Shown one piece after another: positions 29,750 through 43,400 of a DNA stretch of 64,000 bases. Under the pieces are notes generated by a model that had not been told where the DNA came from, searched no databases, and saw nothing but the letters and a program-made list of their open reading frames with translations. Origin of the DNA: Eledone cirrhosa (Eukaryota); contig OZ024741.1 of NCBI GenBank assembly GCA_964016885.1, positions 187,550,001 through 187,614,000 of the forward strand, read 5' to 3'. Each line of letters starts with the position of its first letter. Positions within the stretch are counted from its first letter, which is position 1. Position numbers and translations under genes: made by a program.

Positions 29750-31230
29750 TGATGTGGTTAGAAATCTGCAGAGATCTGTTTCGAGATCTGTAGAAATATG
29801 GCTAGAGATCTATAGAAATGTGTGTAGATGTCTATATATAGATATGTTTAAAGATCTGTACAAATGTGTTTAGAGGTGTAGAAATATGGCTAGAGATCTA
29901 TAGAAATGTGTGTAGATGTCTATATATAGATATGTTTAAAGATCTGTACAAATGTGTTTAGAGGTGTAGAAATATGGCTAGAGTTCTAGAGAAATATGTA
30001 TAGATGACTATATAGATATGTTTTAAGATCTGTAAATGTGTTTCGAGATCTGTAGAAATATAGCTAGAGATCTATAGTAATATGTGTAGATGTCTATATA
30101 TATAGATATGTTTAAAGATGTGTAAATGTGTTTGGAGGTGTAGAAATATGGCTAGAGCTCTATAGAAATATGTGTAGATGTCTATATTTAGATATGTTTA
30201 AAGATCTGTACAAATGTGTTTTGAGGTGTAGAGATATGTTTAGAGCACTATAGAAATATGTGTAGATCTCTATACAGATATGTTTAAAGATCTGTACAAA
30301 TGTGTTTAGAGGTGTAGAAATATGTTTAGAGCTCTATAGAAATATGTGTAGATGTCTATATAGATATGTTTAACCTTTGGAAGTGTAGAAATATTTTTAG
30401 AGCTCTATAGAAATATGTGTAGATGTCTATACAGATATGTTTAAAGATCTGTACAAATGTGTTTAGAGGTGTAGAAATATGTTTAGAGCTCTATAGAAAT
30501 ATGTGTAGATGTCTATATAGATATGTTTAAAGATCTGTACAAATGTGTTTGGAGGTGTAGAAATATGGCTAGAGATCTATAGAAATATGTGTAGATGTCT
30601 ATATAAATATGTTTAATGATTTGTACAAATGTGTTTAGAGGTGTAGAAATATGTTTGGAGGTTTATAGAAATGTGTTTAGAAATCTGTAGAGATGTGTTT
30701 ATATTTCTAAACAAATGTTTAAAATCAGTACAAATGTATTTAGAGATCTGTGGAAATGTCTTTAAAGATGTGTTTAAAGGTCTTTACAGATGTGTTTAGG
30801 GCTGAGACAATGTTTTTAGGTTTGTAGGTATGTGTTTTGCAATATGTAGAGATCTGAAGAAATGTGTTTAGGGGTCTATAGAGATGTGTTTAGGGAGATG
30901 CAGAGAGGTGTTTAGGTAAATCTACAGATGTATTTATATCAGTAGATATGAGTTCAGATATTTGTTAAAATACATTTAGAGTTTTATACAAAGTGGTTTT
31001 TAGAGATCAGTAGAAATGTGTTTAGGGATCTGCTGAGAGTTTTGGGGGTATGTATAGATACATTTAGATAGCTGTACAGATGTGTTCAGATATGTTTTGG
31101 GAGCTCTAGAGATGTGTATAGAGGACTGTAAGCATGTCTTTAGAAATCTATTGAGATGTGTTTAGGGATTGATTGAGATGTGTTTAGAGGGCTGTAGGGA
31201 TTTGTTTAATAGTCTGCAGTGGTTTGTTTA
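29750..31230. repeat. Minisatellite of about 22-bp monomers with an approximately 84-88-bp higher-order unit
   Basis: GTAGAAATATGG recurs at 29790, 29878 and 29966 (period 88); decays to loose monomers after about 30660. Confidence 0.9.
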
Positions 31231-32019
31231 GAGAAAGAGAGGGAGGACAGAGGCAAACAGAGATCAAAATGAAGTTAGAGAGATCAGTGGAAAAAAAAAA
31301 ACATTTATTTACATTTTATTTACAACTGTATACAGAAATATTAGCAACTGCAGCACCATAGTAGGCGGTGGTGGTGGTCGTCGTGTTTGTGGCAGTGGTG
31401 GTAGTGGTTACAGTGGTGGGGATGTGAGTAGTGGCGGTGATGGTGGAAGCAGTAACAGTGGCAGTGATGGGGTAGTTATGATAGTAATGATGGTATTGGT
31501 GGTGGTAACAGTGCTGATGGTGATGGCTAGTAGCGGTATAATGGTGATAGTGATGGTGATGGTTAAGGTAGTGGTGGTAGTAGTGCTAAAGCTGGTAGCG
31601 GTAGCAACAGTGGTAGTGGTCTTGGTTGTGGCAGTGGGAGGGAGTGCCGGTGGTTATAGGGGGAGAGAGTGGTGTTAGTAGTAGTGGTGGTGGTGGTGGT
31701 GGTGATAGTGCTGGCGGTGGTGGTGGTGATAGTGCTGGCGGTGGTGGAGGTTATAGTGCTGGCAGTGGTGGAGGTGATAGTGGAGGTGGTGGTGGTGTTG
31801 ACGTTGGGGGTGGTGGTAGTGGTGGTCATCATCATAATCATAGTAGTGATAACTGGTTTTAGTGACAGCTGGTGGTGGGTCCATTCAAAAGTTGCCAGAA
31901 TGCAGGAACAGGTGAAAATACCAAGGAGAAACGATGATAGTAACAATGAAGATAATGAGGAGGAGGAAGATGACAACAATGATTATGGTGATGATGATAA
32001 TAATAATAATGATTATGAT

Positions 32020-32415
32020 GGCACATGGCTTAGTGGTGAGAGCATTGGCCTTGCAATCGAAAGGTTGTGAGTTCAATTCTCAGACCGGGTGATGTGTTGT
32101 TTCCTTGAGCAAGACACTTTATTTCACATTGCTCCAGTTTACTCAGCTGTAGAAATGAGATGATAGGGACTGGGGTCCCTATCATTCCACTGCAAAGTGG
32201 TCGTGGAGGTGCCACGGCAAAAAAGCACCCAGCCCACACTGTAAAGTGGTCATGGAGGTGCCACGGCAAAAAAGCACCCAGCACTCACTGTAAACGAGGT
32301 TGGTGTTAGGAAGGGCATCCAGCTGTAGAAATCAAGCCAGAATCAGTTCCCGTCCCACCCTTGCAAGCAGGGAAAAGCGGACATAAAATGAAATGATGAT
32401 GATGATGATGATGAT
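32020..32415 (+). mobile_element. tRNA-derived SINE, family B, with internal module duplication
   Basis: A box TGGCTTAGTGG, B box GAGTTCAATTC, core CCTTGAGCAAGACACTTTATTTCAC, RTE-type 3' tail and (TGA)n. Confidence 0.9.
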
Positions 32416-32534
32416 AATCATGAATTTGGCAGTATGATAATGTGCTTGCTAGTCTAAGAAATTAGAATCAGTTTTTGAAAGTACTGCTTAGTTCAATGAC
32501 ATGCTCACACATTAATAATTGTTTCTATTAAAAA

Positions 32535-33985
32535 TGATAATAATCGTTTCTACTTTTGGCACAAGGCCAGCAATTTGAAAGGAAGGGTAAAGTCGATTAA
32601 ATCAATCCCGGTGCTTTACTGGTACTTTATATTAATTAACCCTGTAAGGATGAAAAGCAAATTTAAATTCAGGATTTGAACTCAGAACGTAAAAGGCTGT
32701 AACTATATCCCGCAAATATGTTGTCCGACACTCAACTGATACTGCCAGTCTACGACCCTCATTAATAATAAGGATTTCTGATTTAGACACAAGGCCAACA
32801 ATTATGGGGGATGGAAAAGTCGATTAAATCGATCCCAGTGCATTACTGGTACTTTATTTTATCGACCCCCATAAGCTAACCTCAGCGGGATTTGAACTCA
32901 GAATGTAAAGGGCCATAATTCTATGCTGAAAAGCATGGTGTTTAACGCTCTACCGGTAATAATAATAATGATTTCTAGTATAGGCACAAGGCCAGTAATT
33001 AGGAGGGAGGGGAAAGTCGATTAAATCGACCCCAGTGCATTACTGGTGCTTAATTTTATCGACACCGTAAGGATAAAAGCAAAGTTAACCTCGCCGGGAT
33101 TTGAACTCAGATGGTACAAAGGCCATAACTCTATGCTGTTAAGCATGGTGTCCGACGCTTTACCGATACTGCCAATCTACTATTAAGAATAATGATTTCT
33201 AATTGAGGTGCATGGCCAGTAATTTATAGGAAGGGGTAAGTCAATAAAATTAACCCTCAGTACTTGACTAATATTAATTTATCAGCCCTGGAAGGATGAA
33301 AAGGAAAGATGTCCACAGCAGCATTTGGAATCAGAATGTTAAAGTTACATGACAAGTCATTTTGTCTTTCACTCCTCCAATTCTGTCAGTCCACTGCACC
33401 TATGATGTTAATAATAATTTTAAACAAAGACACAAGGCCACAAATGTTAGGATGAGTATAGCCAATGAAATCATTAACAATACATAAATGATAATTATAT
33501 TATCAACCATGAATGGATGAAAGATTAAGATGACCTTCATGTAATTTGAAATAAGAAATTTTATATCTAAAAGCTGGTTTGTTACTTCAAACATTTATAG
33601 TATCTTTAGTAGTGGACAAATCAATGTGAAAATTTGCACTAAGATAAAGATTTTAATTCTTTACGAGATGCTGTCTTAGTGCTGTTTCATACTTTGAAGA
33701 ATGTCTTGCTAATGTGATACAGAATATTAAAGTTTTAAAGGGGTGTATCTAAACATGGTAAAGCATATTCTCTGATGCTCTGCCAATTTTTATAATCATT
33801 TCTAAAATAGGCACAAAGCTTTAAATTTAGGGGAGGTATATAATTGATTATACTAACTCCAGCTCTTGACTGGTACCTTACTTTAACAACCTTGGAATGA
33901 TGAAAGGAAAAGATGACATAGGCAGGATTCCAACTCAGAATGTAAAGAGCCAATGCTCTACCAAATTCTGCCAATTCACCAGCTC
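32535..33985 (-). mobile_element. Head-to-tail cluster of family A SINEs
   Basis: About six copies of varying divergence, all in the same orientation. Confidence 0.8.
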
Positions 33986-34027
33986 AATAATAATAATAAC
34001 ATAAAAAACAAGAACAATAATTATGTC

Positions 34028-34064
<37 letters not shown>

Positions 34065-34803
34065 GTAATAATAGTAATAATAATAATCAGAAAAATTATA
34101 ATAAACTCTTGTAACGAGATCAAATGACAATTTCAAATGAGATCATTAATGTTAAACTGTAAATAATTTAGAAGTATGGGGGATGCTTAATATTAGTAAG
34201 CATTGTAAAAAGGTAAAGTAAAGTGTTTCAGCAAAACAGGATTTATTTCTTGTTGAATTATTGATATTTTTTAACTTCACTTAAATCTCATAGTTGTTAC
34301 ATCCATCCTCAACAAGAGATGGCCACCACTAGTGAGCCTTCACAATAGACCTTTGAGAAAAATAGTTCTGCTGGGAGAAAGGTCATCTCCTGAAAGAGAT
34401 TTCTTTATGTAGTAAGTGGTATGATAATGGAAATGTCACTCTAATGGAGTGATGGAGTCTCATGGACTATCCATATTTCTAGGCCTTAATCACAAATAAA
34501 AAAATAAGTGATATACATATATAATGTGCTAAGCTGAAAAACATATATATGAAGCAACAAGACTTGATGCCATATTGCTGTACTCAACTTCAGTTTTCAG
34601 CATCAGATTGTATGATTGATAGTGATAGGATATGGCGAAAGACATGTGGTGTGTGATAGCTCATGTGTTGGGTATATATAGAGATAGATAGAGAGAGAGA
34701 GGGGGGGGGTGAGAGAGGGAGAGATAAGGTGAGTTTTAATCCTTTCGTTAAATCTGTGCACCTTTACTACTGCTACTGCTGCTGCTACTACTACTACTAC
34801 TAT

Positions 34804-34840
<37 letters not shown>

Positions 34841-35249
34841 GCTACTACTACTACTACTGCTACTAATACTCCTACTACAAATGATATATAGAGGCATATT
34901 CAGACACATGCACTCACACACATATACAAACACAGGCATATCTCTCTCTCTCACACACACACACACACACGCATATATATATATAGATATAGATATATAC
35001 ATCAAGTTTATGTGATCATCAATGTGTTTTGCTTCTTCATAGTTTTTGGTTACATTTTTTTGTTATAAATATTTTAATACACAAAGAGAAAAAAAGGAGT
35101 GTGAAAGGGAACAGAAACAAGGGCAACAATAACAACAATAACAGCAATAACAAGAAGAACAACAACAACAACATTGTAAACAACAAAAACAACAGGACAA
35201 AGACAATCACGTGAGATGTGGAAGACGGCAATTTGTTACACAACTAAAT

Positions 35250-35543
35250 AATTGTTTCTACTTTTGGCACAAGGCCAGCAATTATCCCAGTGTATTACTG
35301 GTACTTTATTTTATCGACCCCGTAAGGATGAAAGGCAAAGTTAACCTCGGCGGGATTTGAACTCAGACCATAAAGGGCCGTAACTCTTTGCTGCAAAGCA
35401 TGGCGTCCGACCCTCTACCGATACTGCCAATACACCGCCTTTTAGTTACACAACTAAATAATATCAAAGAATTATGAAAAGAAAATTAACCAAAGAGTTC
35501 TCTAGAGAGCTATAACAGAACGAGTAGCTTGTGAATAATGATA

Positions 35544-35574
<31 letters not shown>

Positions 35575-36460
35575 TTGTTTATACGTTTGGCACAAGGCCA
35601 GCAATTACCCAGTGCATTACTGGTACTTTAATAATAATAATAATGATAATAATAATAATGGTTTCTGATTTAGGCACAAGGCCAACATTTTTGGAGGATG
35701 GGAAAGTCGATTAAATCAACCACAACGTGTTAAGTGGTACTTTATTTTATCCACCCTGTAAGGATGAAAAGCAAAGTTCTCCTAGGTGGGATTTGATACA
35801 AGAATGTAAAGCCCCGTAAAGAAATACTACAATGCATTTCATCCAAAGCAATAATTATTGTTTATACATTTGGCACATGGCCAGTAATTTGGGGCAGGCA
35901 AAGTCAATTAAATTGACCCTAGTATTTGCTTGGTACTTATTTTATTGGCCTCAAAAGGATGTAAGACAGAATTCACGTCAATGAGATTTAAACTCAGAAC
36001 ATATAACTTAAAGCAATAACTAAATGAGCCAAGTAATTTCATCTGACACTCTAATGATTCTGCCAAATCTTTGCAGAATACTTACAAGTTATTTTGTCTA
36101 TAACTCAACTAAATTTGCTAAGGATTTTTAACAAGGACCAAGAATTTGGTGGGAAGGAAAATAATGGTTTACATCAAATCCAGTGTTTATTTTATTGCCA
36201 CTGGAAGTATTAATGACTATATCAGTTTAAAATAACTAAATATTGCAAGCGACTTCGGCAATAATATAATAATGATTTTTTTTTTTTACACAAATACATA
36301 GGTCAGGGTGAGGGTTATAGAAAATTAAATTCAACTCCCCATTCTAGTACATGACTAATATTATATTATCAATACTAAAGAATTGAAAGCCACAGTTGGC
36401 CTCGGCAAGATTTGAACTCAGAATGTAAAAGAAAAAAACTGAATACTGTAAGACACTTAA
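35250..36460 (-). mobile_element. Cluster of family A SINEs; first copy has an 18-bp TSD
   Basis: GTTACACAACTAAATAAT flanks the copy at about 35253-35444. Confidence 0.85.
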
Positions 36461-36674
36461 TTGTCTGAGCACCATCATCAAACAAGGTCTAGATTGATGG
36501 ATGTTTTAAAGCAAACTCAGCACCAGCAAAATCCCCCATGTATGTCCTCTGAAATGTTAGTGGTTGCAATTTGTCATAATGAACTGTTAGAACAAGCATG
36601 TCACAGAAATATGCAAACATACATGTATATATGTATGTGTGTATGTGTATGCATACATACACACACATATATAT

Positions 36675-36950
36675 AGGCATGTAGCATAGTGGTTAGGGTG
36701 TTCGGCTCGTGATCATAAATTGGTGAGCTTGATTCCCCACAGCGTGTTGTGTCCTTGAGCAATACACTTTATTTCACATTGCTCCAGTCCACTTGACTGG
36801 CAGAAAGGAGTTGTACTTCAATATGAGAACTGTGTTAAGGGTATGTGTCTCTGTGGAATGCTCAGCCACTTGCATATAAATTTTATGATCAGGCTGTTCC
36901 ATTGATCATATTAGCCGGAACACTCATTGTTGTAAGCAATGGAATGCCAT
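36675..36950 (+). mobile_element. tRNA-derived SINE, family E
   Basis: Family B-like head and core; tail shared with 11860-12150. Confidence 0.65.
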
Positions 36951-37299
36951 TATATATACATATATATATAATTATGGATGGATTCCCGATGGGTATCGGG
37001 AGGTGACAACAATTATAAAAGTTACTCAATACTTTAGATGAGTATAAGCATCTTTATTTCATATAGAAGTAACTTCTACATTACTAGATCTGTAATCAAA
37101 CATATGAAATCATCATGAGTGTTGGACATTTCTGATGATTTCATATGAATGAAGCAGTTCTGGTCTTGTAGAAATCATTTCTATATAATATATATGTATA
37201 TATATTGTTTTTGTTTTCACTAATTCTGTACATTTTCTATTGGCTAATCTTCCATCCAACTGTACAATTTCTTTATATATATATATATAAAAAAAAAAG

Positions 37300-37485
37300 A
37301 ACGATCGACTTTTTGTCAAATCGGACCGAGGGAACAATGTTTCTGTTGGTCTTTCCAATTGCTAATACTATCTATCGGTCGCAACTCCAGGTAGAAGGAG
37401 CAACGTGAAATAAAGTGTCTTGCTCAAGCACATAACGCATCGCCTGGTCCAGGAATCGAACTCACAACCTTACGATTGCGATTAC
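37300..37485 (-). mobile_element. SINE family D, 5'-truncated
   Basis: Homologous to 52218-52412. Confidence 0.7.
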
Positions 37486-37709
37486 ATATATATATATATA
37501 TATGTATACAGGAAAAAGTATGACCCGACGGCAGAGCTCAAGCCGTTTCGACGGCTATTTCTGTGGACTGAATATATATATATATATTAATAATAATAAT
37601 AAATGTGAAGACTAAAATGGTTAAGGGTGAAAGCAGCGATTCTTTGCTTAAACTTTAATCTTATATATATATATGTATGTATGTATACACACATATATAC
37701 ATACACACA

Positions 37710-37777
<68 letters not shown>

Positions 37778-37816
37778 TATATATATATATATATTGAGTA
37801 CTTTACTAACACACAT

Positions 37817-37849
<33 letters not shown>

Positions 37850-37850
37850 C

Positions 37851-37883
<33 letters not shown>

Positions 37884-37964
37884 GAAAAGTATGGAAATTG
37901 TTGTAGCGAGAAGCTAAGAGTATTCCATAACATATATGTATATATATGTGTGTGTGTGTGCGTG

Positions 37965-38125
37965 TGTGTGTGTTAGTAAAGTACTCAATACATTAGTAGA
38001 GTATAAACACCATGTTTAATATAGAAATGGCTTCTACAGGACTAGAATTGTTTCATTCAAAAGAAATCCTGATGATTCCTTCAGAATGAAAGAGTTCTAG
38101 TCCTGTAGAAGCCATTTCTATATTA

Positions 38126-38130
<5 letters not shown>
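37965..38130. mobile_element. Fold-back element, family H4, with degenerate hammerhead
   Basis: Arms at 38012-38058 and 38084-38130. CTGATGA-TTC..GAAT-GAAA-GAGTTC-TA at 38069-38099, but stem I is not intact. Fragment at about 57380-57412. Confidence 0.55.
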
Positions 38131-38170
<40 letters not shown>

Positions 38171-38959
38171 TGTTTGAAAGTGAGAAAGAGCTAAATAGAT
38201 AGACATACAAATAGATAGATAGAAGTTAATTTTATGACAATGACCAGATCACAAGGATACAAAGAAATGCATAAGGAGTAAATGTAAGTTTTTGTGCATT
38301 TTTTTTTATGTTTGTTTGTTAGTTGTTTTTTTTTTTGTTTTTTTTTTATAGTTAAAATGACTTTTCCACTATATAATTTCCCCTTTAATCATATAACTTG
38401 GCAGTGGCATACAATGGTGAAATTGGTGATGATGTGTTTAAATGGGAGAGAGAGGGATGTGTTGAAACAGTAAAGGTGGTGACCATGGTGGTGACAGTGT
38501 TACTGGTGCTATCAGTCATGATGGTGATGATGGTGTTGGGGGTGGTAGTAGCTATGGTGGTGATAATGTCGCTGGTGCTATCAGTTGTGTTAGTGGAGAT
38601 GGTAATCCTGGTGCTAGTGATGGTAGTGGTGGTGGTGGTGGTGGTGGTGGTGGTATTGGAGGAGAAGGTATTGGTGGTGTTGTGGTAATGATGGAGGCAA
38701 ATGATAGTGGTGGGATTGGTTGTGATGATAGTTAGAAGGTAGGTTAACAGTGCTACTGGTGTTGTTATTTCAGGTGGTGGTAGTGGTGGTGGTGGTGGTG
38801 GTGGTGGTGGTGGTGGTGGTGGCGGTGGTGGTGGGGGTGATGAGGTTGATAGTTGAAGGTAGTGACACATTTGGCAGTGGTATAGCATTTTGGCAGTAAC
38901 AAGAGCAGTGATGGTTAGTAATGATGGCGATGGCGGTAATGGTTTGGGAGGGAGGAGTG

Positions 38960-39545
38960 ATTATAGTGGTAGTCATGATTGTGACAGCGGCGGTGGTGGT
39001 GGTGGTGGTGGTGGTGGTGAATGTGGTAGTCATGATTGTGACAGCGGCGGTGGTGGTGGTTTTAGTGGTAGTCATGATGGTGACAGCGGCGGTGGTGGTG
39101 GTGGTGGTGGTTTTAGTGGTAGTCATGATTGTGACAGCGGCGGTGGTGGTGGTGGTGGTGGTGGTGGTTTTAGTGGTAGTCATGATGGTGACAGCGGCGG
39201 TGGTGGTGGTGGTGGTGGTGGTGAATGTGGTAGTCATGATGGTGACAGCGGCGGTGGTGGTGGTGGTGGTGGTGGTTTTAGTGGTAGTCATGATGGTGAC
39301 AGCGGCGGTGGTGGTGGTGGTGGTGGTTTTAGTGGTAGTCATGATGGTGACAGCGGCGGTGGTGGTGGTGGTTTTAGTGGTAGTCATGATGGTGACAGCG
39401 GCGGTGGTGGTGGTGGTGGTGGTGGTTTTAGTGGTAGTCATGATGGTGACAGCGGCGGTGGTGGTGGTGGTGGTGGTTTTAGTGGTAGTCATGATGGTGA
39501 CAGCGGCGGTGGTGGTGGTGGTGGTGGTGGTGGAAGTGGTGGTGG
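38960..39545. repeat. VNTR of GGTAGTCATGATGGTGACAGCGGC(GGT)n units
   Basis: About 11 units with variable GGT count. Confidence 0.95.
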
Positions 39546-40424
39546 TGAATGTGGTGGTAATTATAGTGATGGTTGTGGTAGCAGCAGTTGCAATGATAAT
39601 GATAATGATGATGATGGTAGTGTGGTGGTGGTGGTGGTTGTAGCAGTATGGTGGTTATGGTGGTTATGGTGGTTATAGTGGTAGTATTGGAGGTGATTAC
39701 AGTAGTAGATTTGGGGTTATTGCTGTGCGCGGATAGCAGTGTTAATTATAGTGGGAAAAGGTGATAGGGGTGTTGATAATGGCAGTGGTTTGTTGTGCTA
39801 GTAGTGTCAGTGGTGAAGGTGCCTGTGGTGGTGGTGCTTGTGGTGGTAGTGGTGGCAGTGGTGGTGGCGGAGGAGCTGCTGCTGTTGGTGGTGGTGGTGG
39901 TGCTTCTGGTGGTAATAGTAGTGGTTTCTTGCACTAGTAGTGTAAGTGATAGTGGTAAGCATGGCCATAAGCTATCAAAAGTCAATATTGTTATTCTTAT
40001 CTGTATTCCATTATTATCCTGCTATTTTCCATATATTCTCATTAGCTAAAATCCCTTACATGTTTGTATGTCTGTTCCTATGGATGAGAGATGTACATTG
40101 TCAGGTTTGCCAATGTATTTGACCCTTTTAATACGGACCCACACAAAATCTACCTCTGGTTCTATGAGATGCAACCATTCATTTTATAGAGTTTATATTT
40201 AAATTAAAATCCTTTAACGTAATGCAATACAAAATCTTTTATGTTACAAATACCATCGTAATAATAAAATAGTTAATAATTGGTGGGGTACCTGAGTCAC
40301 CCCTGGGTTGTCCACCCCCCTATTGGGGAAGTTATTTTGTTATTTTTATAAATAGTTTATTTATATTTTATTTTTTTCATTGTTAAATTGGTTTTGTTAT
40401 TGTGCATTTTTACTCAATCTTATT

Positions 40425-40525
40425 GTAACCCCCCCCCCACTGCCCGTGTCTTTGTATTGTCCCCTACATGTTGGCCCTTGAGGTCAATAAATGAAATCAT
40501 TATTATTATTATCATTATTATTATT
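40425..40525 (+). mobile_element. 3' end of an unidentified retroelement with (ATT)n tail
   Basis: Second copy at 50215-50300. Confidence 0.55.
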
Positions 40526-40840
40526 AGCTATATTCTCCTTATTCTCACTTTGATTGTGTACTGTCACTACATTACCAAGCACAGCTCTATGCACCTTGGG
40601 TATGTGCAGTTTCAACTTTAATGCTGTTTATACTAAATATGCTATTCATAATAAGGCTAGTTTCTATTTGTTGTATATATTTGTAAATCCTGCAGTTTTG
40701 GTTATGTGTCTGTCTGTATGTTTTTTGTTTTTTTTATTCATTCCTAGATAACGTATTATTAATGGATTGTTTCTGTTGTCATTATTCACAGGGTTATTTC
40801 TTTCTCCAGATCTTTATATTTGGGTAATTTCTTCCTGATA

Positions 40841-40874
<34 letters not shown>

Positions 40875-41103
40875 GTTCTTTGAGTCTCAGTCATTGATGT
40901 TAGTTAACTGGAAAGTTTGTTGAAATGAATATCAAGCCACTACCTGCAGCCTCAGATATTCAGGACGTATCGGAGGGTTCTTGCTGTTCCCAGCAAGCAT
41001 GCCTTTTGAAGCGTTTCAAAAAAACCATCCCTGGAAACTTTTTGAGATAGTACCTAGTGCGCCTATGACAATCGGGACCACTTTGACTTCATGGCAGTTC
41101 CAA
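40875..41103 (-). mobile_element. R4/Dong-like non-LTR retrotransposon 3' fragment within (TAA)n
   Basis: Translation VKVVPIVIGALGTISK...LQKACLLGTARTLRYVLNI* resembles R4-clade C-termini; (TAA)n on both sides, the known Dong target. Confidence 0.7.
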
Positions 41104-41528
41104 ATTATTATTATTATTATTATTATGATTATTATTATCATTATTATTATTAAAATAATTTTAGAAAGTAATTAAAAAAAAACATTGTTAGTTTGAACAA
41201 AATTATACAGAGAAATATTTTTAGAAGTATCAAAATCTGTTGTTATATATATATATGATATACATATAGTATTTCAGTATTTGAGACAAATAAAGAAAAT
41301 CTAATGACAAAAACTAAGTCCAAGAAATATTTCCATAAAAATTAAAATCAATAATCGTCATCATCAACAATAACAGTAACAATAACCAAAAGAGTGTTTT
41401 TAGAAATAAAAAATAAAAATATTTTAGACATTCTACATATAAATCAGATATGAGTATAACATACAAAGACAAGGGAACTCACTACCAGATTAGTAGAGTT
41501 TAATGATGTAATACAGTCAAGTGTTAGG

Positions 41529-41720
41529 ATACAATACTGTTATTGACCACAAATTATTTCATACAATTTGTCATAGTTAACATAACACACTCATGTCTTT
41601 TAGACGCTCCAAAAATAGGCCTGCTCTTCCCTCGGGAGAATCAAGTCTATTTTATTTAATGCATTTTGTTAACTATGACATAATACACAAAACTAACTGA
41701 AACCAATAACAGTATTGTAT
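41529..41720. repeat. 17-bp perfect inverted repeat pair, possible MITE
   Basis: ATACAATACTGTTATTG (41529-41545) and CAATAACAGTATTGTAT (41704-41720). Confidence 0.4.
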
Positions 41721-43194
41721 TACATGTGTTATATATATATAAATATCTTATTTTAAGACATAACATTGTAAAAGTGAATAATTAAATATTTATCAATATT
41801 TCCCAGCATTCCCAATGTAATCACATGATGGTATGAAACTTTTGCATGTGAAGATAAAATAGTTTTACTGGCCTTATAAATGTCTCCACAAGTTGTCTTT
41901 CATTTATTCACAGTTCTTGCATTCGATATTTCATTTAATTACAAATGGGTGGGGGTCATTTATGATTTTTTTTCTTCTCTTCTTCAAACTATGCTTATTT
42001 TTCCCATCATAATGAAAAGATATTATATTACCATTAACATAGGTATTTATACTAGCAGAACCAGAGAAAATTTTGATGCACAATTTTTAGATCTGTATAA
42101 CTTTGTTTCATTATGTAAATAAAATTGAATATGTCACCAATTTCATTGTATATTTCAGGTTGTTGAAAGCATAACACCATATATCTACCTATATCGAAAG
42201 GTATATAATTATGTGTGTAGATATGTAGAATTACATATACAAAATGATGAAGTGGTAGATGTGTTAGAACATCGGGGGAAAATGTATCAAGGTATGTGTT
42301 CTAGCTTCTAATCCCCTCAAGGTTTAATTTAGCTCTCATTATTTTCAGCCAATAGATAAAGCACACCAGTATATGGCAATGGATTGGCAGAATCATTAGA
42401 TCCTCGGGTACGATGCCTTGTGGTGCTTGTTCAGGGAATATTTCATTCTGATAGCAATGCCTGCAATGACACTATAGCCAAGCTGTAACTGTCCTTGCTT
42501 TTCCTTTGAACAACATTAGTGGTGTGGAGATGAGAAACTTGCTTGTGTGGTCAACCGCTTGTTGTTCACAAAAACCTTATCTAGGGTTATCCATTGGAGA
42601 TTCATATCAGCATACACTGCCTTCATGGAAGGCTGTTAGTTTTATCTGGTTGTATAAACTTCAATGACTGATTAGGCTTTTCTAACTCATTGATGAAATT
42701 ATTAGTAATAGTATGTTGATACATTAACTATACTAGTGTCTATATATATATACAAACAAATGCACACATATACATGTGTGCATAATATACATCGACATGG
42801 ACACAGACACATACATACAAGTTTATATTGAAAATACAATACAAATAGAATAAAGATTATCTGTCAACACAGTTACCTGAGTCTACAAGGTGGTCAGTAA
42901 CTCAGATAAACAACATTATCAATATCAACATTTTCAAAAATCATTATCATCATCATCATCATCATCAACAACATAAATAATATCATCAACATCAACATCA
43001 TTAAAATCATCATCATCATCATCATCATCATCTGATTTATAAACATAATTATCATCATCATTATGAACAAAACGAGCATCATCAACTTCAACAATGTTAA
43101 TATGATTGTTGTTGTTGCTAACCTCTCCATTTTTATCAGTAGAATATTGTTAGTCAACAACAATCTCAAGAATCAATATTATTATTAGTATTGG

Positions 43195-43400
43195 TGGTGG
43201 ATTGGCAGTATCGGTAGAGGGTCGGACGCCATGCTTTGCAGCATGGAGTTACGCCTCTTTATGATCTGAGCTCAAATCCCGCCGAGGTTAGCTTTGGGGT
43301 CGATAAAATAAAGTACCAGTCACGCACTGGGGTGGATTCAATCGACTTTCCCCTCCCCCAAAATTACTGGCCTTGTGCCTATATAAGAAACCATTATTAG
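43195..43400 (+). mobile_element. SINE family A, rare plus-strand copy with internal deletion
   Basis: GGTGGATTGGCAGTATCGG...GGCCTTGTGCCT..AGAAACCATTATT. Confidence 0.85.

Noticed and set aside
31300-31335. Tandem AATAAA on the minus strand as a polyadenylation site
   Set aside because: Such hexamers are expected by chance at this AT content and cannot be supported without transcript data.
38770-39678. Gly-rich, Thr-rich and Val-rich ORFs resembling structural or mucin proteins
   Set aside because: Open in several frames on both strands because of the (GGT)n VNTR; no supporting exon evidence.
40875-40945. Dong-like element as the mobiliser of SINE A
   Set aside because: Tail polarity is opposite, (AAT)n versus (ATT)n, and the 3' ends are not similar.
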